Assembly (NCBI GenBank): GCA_033854515.1
Contig: JAWOJY010000110.1
Coordinates: 1-59,666 of the forward strand
DNA from: Nitrospirota bacterium
GTDB taxonomy: Bacteria; Nitrospirota; UBA9217
Direction: 5' to 3'
DNA: 59,666 nt
The position numbers and the translations under genes are program-made. Of this stretch, positions 56,825 to 59,666 are shown in pieces; positions within the stretch are counted from its first letter, which is position 1, and every line of letters starts with the position of its first letter. The notes beneath the pieces are model-generated. The model was not told the origin of the DNA and made no database searches. It saw only the letters and a program-made list of their open reading frames with translations.

Positions 56825-57412
56825 ATGAATAAGGCTGTTTTTCTCGATAGAGACGGAACAGTAACGGAAGAGGTCGGATACCTCACGGACCCCGGTAAGC
56901 TCAATATGATTCCCGGTGCCGGAGCCGCCATAAGAAAGCTAAACGCGTCAGGGCTCAAGGTCATTCTCGTCACAAACCAGTCGGGCGTCGCCCGCGGTTA
57001 TTTCCCCGAGTCGCTGGTACACGAAGCCCATGCCCGCCTCGAGCGAATGCTCGAAGCCGAAGACGCACGTTGTGACGGCATTTACTACTGTCCTCACCAT
57101 CCCACCGCCGGAAATTCAAAATACACAATGGCATGCGACTGCAGAAAACCGGGCACCGGACTTCTCGACATGGCTGCCAGGGACCATGGGATCGACCTCA
57201 CCCAGTCATACGTCGTGGGCGACAAGTGGAGCGACGTTGAACTGGCACAGAGGGCCGGCGCGAAGGGGGTACTGGTCAGAACCGGTTTCGCCCCCGATGA
57301 CCCCGGCAACGTGCGGCCGCAGCACGTAAGAGATCCCGACTTTACGGCCCGTGATCTTGCTCAAGCAGCTGATTGGATCGTAAAAGATGCCGTGAAGACG
57401 CAGTCACGGTAA
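56825..57412 (+). CDS. gmhB: D-glycero-D-manno-heptose 1,7-bisphosphate phosphatase
   Basis: FLDRDGT, TNQSGVARG, CPHHP, CDCRKP and GDKWSD motifs. Confidence 0.93.
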   Translation: MNKAVFLDRDGTVTEEVGYLTDPGKLNMIPGAGAAIRKLNASGLKVILVTNQSGVARGYFPESLVHEAHARLERMLEAEDARCDGIYYCPHHPTAGNSKYTMACDCRKPGTGLLDMAARDHGIDLTQSYVVGDKWSDVELAQRAGAKGVLVRTGFAPDDPGNVRPQHVRDPDFTARDLAQAADWIVKDAVKTQSR

Positions 57413-57519
57413 TGAACTCCGTATCGTAAGTAATGCGTCAGTCGGAAGTCGGTTACGAGGCCCGTTGTTTGTATTTTTAAATGTTACCGTTACACGATGC
57501 ACGATACGGGTTTCGTGAC
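57403..57519. repeat. Degenerate inverted repeat element in the gmhB-GT9 gap
   Basis: GTCACG...CCGTATCGT (left) pairs with ACGATACGG...CGTGAC (right); TTACACG ATGCACG ATACG period 7. Confidence 0.6.
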
Positions 57520-57543
57520 CGAGAGACGTGGCCGTTTTTGACG

Positions 57544-58608
57544 ATGAAATTGAACGCAAAAAAAATACTCGTGATGCGGTACCGCTTCATCGGTGATACG
57601 GTCCTGACCGTTCCGTTTTTGAGGAACCTTCGTCAGGCCTATCCTGCGGCGCATATCGATCTGATGCTGGAACCTTTTTCCGGCAGCGTGATCGAAGGGT
57701 GCCCGTACGTTGACCGCGTTATCCCCTTTGAGTTTAAAACCATTCATACGTACAGCGGCGCTTCGAAACGCGGCAGACTGGCGGGATATTTCCATTACTG
57801 GAGATTGATAAAAAATGCCGGCTATGACGCGGTCTTCGTCCTCAAGAGATCGCTGTCGAGCGCTCTCCTGGCTTGGGCGGCCGGCGTGCCCCGCCGGATA
57901 GGTTTCACCACCGAGGGCAGGGGACTGCTGCTCACCGACCCTGTCCCATACCGGCGCGACCGGCACGAGGTCGAAAATTTCCTCGATTGCCTCCGGGCGC
58001 TGGAAATTCCCGTCCGTTCCACGTCGCTCGAACTGTGGCCTTCCGAGGAAGACGAAAAAAAAGTCCATGTCTTTTTCCGTGACGCCGGATGGAAAGACGG
58101 CGACCTCAAGATCGTCATCCATGCCGCGGCGAGCCTGCCTGCCAAGCAATGGCCCTTAGAGCGTTTTGCCGCTGTCATGAAAACGGTGAAGGACAAATAT
58201 GACGCCCGATTCATTTACACGGGCGCGCCGGGCGATTCGGCATTGTACCGCACGATAGAATCTTACGGCCCCTTCGGCGGACTGAACCTGTGCGGGATGA
58301 CGGACCTCAGGCAGAACCTGTCGATGTACCGTGCGGCGGACATGTTCTTCGGCGTCGATTCAGGGCCGATGCATATGGCCGCTGCGGTCGGAGTCCCCGT
58401 CGTGGCGCTCTTCGGCCCCACGGACGAGAGAAAGTGGGGTCCCTGGGGCGGGTCCCACATCGTTGTGACCAGGTGCTTTTCCTGTAGGCCGTGCAAACCC
58501 CACAAGTGCGGCAACAACGAATGCATGAAGCAGATCAGTGTCGAAGAAGCCCTGCAGGCCGTAGAGAAGAAACTTGGTGAAATTCTGCCCAAGGTTATTT
58601 ATCATTGA
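57544..58608 (+). CDS. waaF: GT9 LPS heptosyltransferase (WaaF-like)
   Basis: IGDTVLT.P, K.WP.ERF, DSGPMHMAAAVG.P.VALFGPT and a C.PC..C...CM tail. Confidence 0.75.
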   Translation: MKLNAKKILVMRYRFIGDTVLTVPFLRNLRQAYPAAHIDLMLEPFSGSVIEGCPYVDRVIPFEFKTIHTYSGASKRGRLAGYFHYWRLIKNAGYDAVFVLKRSLSSALLAWAAGVPRRIGFTTEGRGLLLTDPVPYRRDRHEVENFLDCLRALEIPVRSTSLELWPSEEDEKKVHVFFRDAGWKDGDLKIVIHAAASLPAKQWPLERFAAVMKTVKDKYDARFIYTGAPGDSALYRTIESYGPFGGLNLCGMTDLRQNLSMYRAADMFFGVDSGPMHMAAAVGVPVVALFGPTDERKWGPWGGSHIVVTRCFSCRPCKPHKCGNNECMKQISVEEALQAVEKKLGEILPKVIYH

Positions 58609-58685
58609 TTTGACTCTCAGCACGACCGCTGCTCCTGAAAGTATAATATTATGGATTGCGCTCATTAAACCACTGAGGCTGAAAT

Positions 58686-59459
58686 ATGGGAAATAAAGAC
58701 CTTAAGATATCCGTTATCGTAAGAACGTTCAATGAAGAAAAAAACATTCGAGAGTGCCTGGAAAGCGTTTCATGGGCCGACGAAATCGTGGTTGTAGATT
58801 CCAAGAGCACCGACAATACCGTAGCCATTGTCAAGGAATTCACCGATCGTGTCATTATTCAGGATTGGCTCGGTCATATAGGTCAGAGCCAGTTCGCGAC
58901 GGATCAAACTTCGCATCTGTGGGTGCTCAGCATAGATGCAGACGAACGTATTTCTCCGCCGCTCAAAGACGAAATAAGGGCGCTGGACCTGGATCACAGC
59001 AGCTATGACGCCTACGAGATCCCGCGTCGCCACTTTTTTATGAAGCGACGGATCAATCACTCCGCATGGTATCCCGATTATAAAATCCGCCTCTTCAGAA
59101 AAGATAGATGCAGATGGGGAGGTTACGCGCCTCATGATGAGGTAAAAGTCAAAGGATCAAAAAAGAAGTTAAGAAATGATCTTGTGCATTACATTTATCG
59201 TGATATAGCGCATTTTGCCGCTACCAAAAACAACTACTCGACTCTGACCGCTCAGGATCATTACAGGAATGGAAAAAGGGCGAGGCTTATCGATATCACA
59301 CTGAGACCGCTGTATGCTTTTCTTTATCGTTATTTTTTTCGATTAGGCATTGCCGATGGACTGGCGGGATTTACGATATCCGTTCTTGAATCGCACGCAG
59401 TATTCATGAAATACCTGAAATTATACGAAATTCAGAACAGATTAAGCAGATTTTCTTAA
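58686..59459 (+). CDS. GT2 glycosyltransferase (WaaE/KdtX-like)
   Basis: NEEKNI..CL.SV.WADEIVVVDS.STD.T, IDADER, WYPD..RLF and DG..GF motifs. Confidence 0.9.
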   Translation: MGNKDLKISVIVRTFNEEKNIRECLESVSWADEIVVVDSKSTDNTVAIVKEFTDRVIIQDWLGHIGQSQFATDQTSHLWVLSIDADERISPPLKDEIRALDLDHSSYDAYEIPRRHFFMKRRINHSAWYPDYKIRLFRKDRCRWGGYAPHDEVKVKGSKKKLRNDLVHYIYRDIAHFAATKNNYSTLTAQDHYRNGKRARLIDITLRPLYAFLYRYFFRLGIADGLAGFTISVLESHAVFMKYLKLYEIQNRLSRFS

Positions 59460-59497
59460 AAATTAAGCGGATATTTTCAAATATAATATATTGATTA

Positions 59498-59666
59498 ATG
59501 AACATCCTTTTTGTAAACAACTTTCGCGGCAGGGGAGGGGGAGAAGAATTCCTGAGGGACCTTCTGCCCGGACTGGTCAGCAAGGGTGTGAAAGTGGGCC
59601 TGGTCTGTCGGCCCGGCACGCCTCTTTCCGATATGTTTAACGGCTCAGGGGTCGAGGTCTATCCTG
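59498..59666 (+). CDS. GT4-family glycosyltransferase (3'-partial)
   Basis: MNILFVNNFRGRGGGEEFLRDLLPGLVSKGVKVGLVCRPG..., a GT4 N-terminal pattern running off the window. Confidence 0.7.
   Translation, partial: MNILFVNNFRGRGGGEEFLRDLLPGLVSKGVKVGLVCRPGTPLSDMFNGSGVEVYP

Noticed and set aside
58610-58647. TTGACT and TATAAT before the GT2 gene as a promoter pair
   Set aside because: The 26-nt spacing is too long; only the -10 is plausible

Overview
Mostly core chromosome of a diderm bacterium. The gene content and the aroE-pilB-pilT-pilC-pilS-pilR order suggest a Nitrospirota/Desulfobacterota-like anaerobe (inference). Order along the window: end of ligA, nfo, DUF2147, pgsA-like, XRE-type HTH, DUF512 Fe-S protein, aroE, a type IVa pilus motor/regulator block with no adjacent pilA, UbiD-family decarboxylase, CBS/HlyC protein, purC, lysS, lolC/E, a small membrane ORF, lolD, a Tat-exported metallophosphoesterase and hypE. 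Next come a minus-strand sigma (Csu/spore-coat-U) chaperone-usher pilus operon ending in a decayed OmpA-like domain, hypABFCD, rnr, a thioesterase, glnE and a TSUP+DUF1634 pair. The window ends with a long bamA-skp-lpxD-fabZ-lpxA-lpxI-gnnA-gnnB-lpxB-msbA-DUF374-waaA-lpxK-gmhB-GT9-GT2-GT4 outer-membrane/LPS cluster. I saw no tRNA, rRNA, CRISPR array, transposase or recombinase. Most notable: (1) a ~7.7 kb hypE+pilus segment between degenerate inverted repeats, whose inversion would rebuild hypABFCDE; (2) lolD has no canonical start and sits behind a 255-nt insert ending in an A8 slippery run; (3) a dispersed family of period-7 (also 8 and 10) repeats and palindromes at gene junctions, one copy translated inside hypF; (4) a probable ancestral usher-OmpA fusion; (5) a perfect CRP-type box upstream of the pilus promoter.
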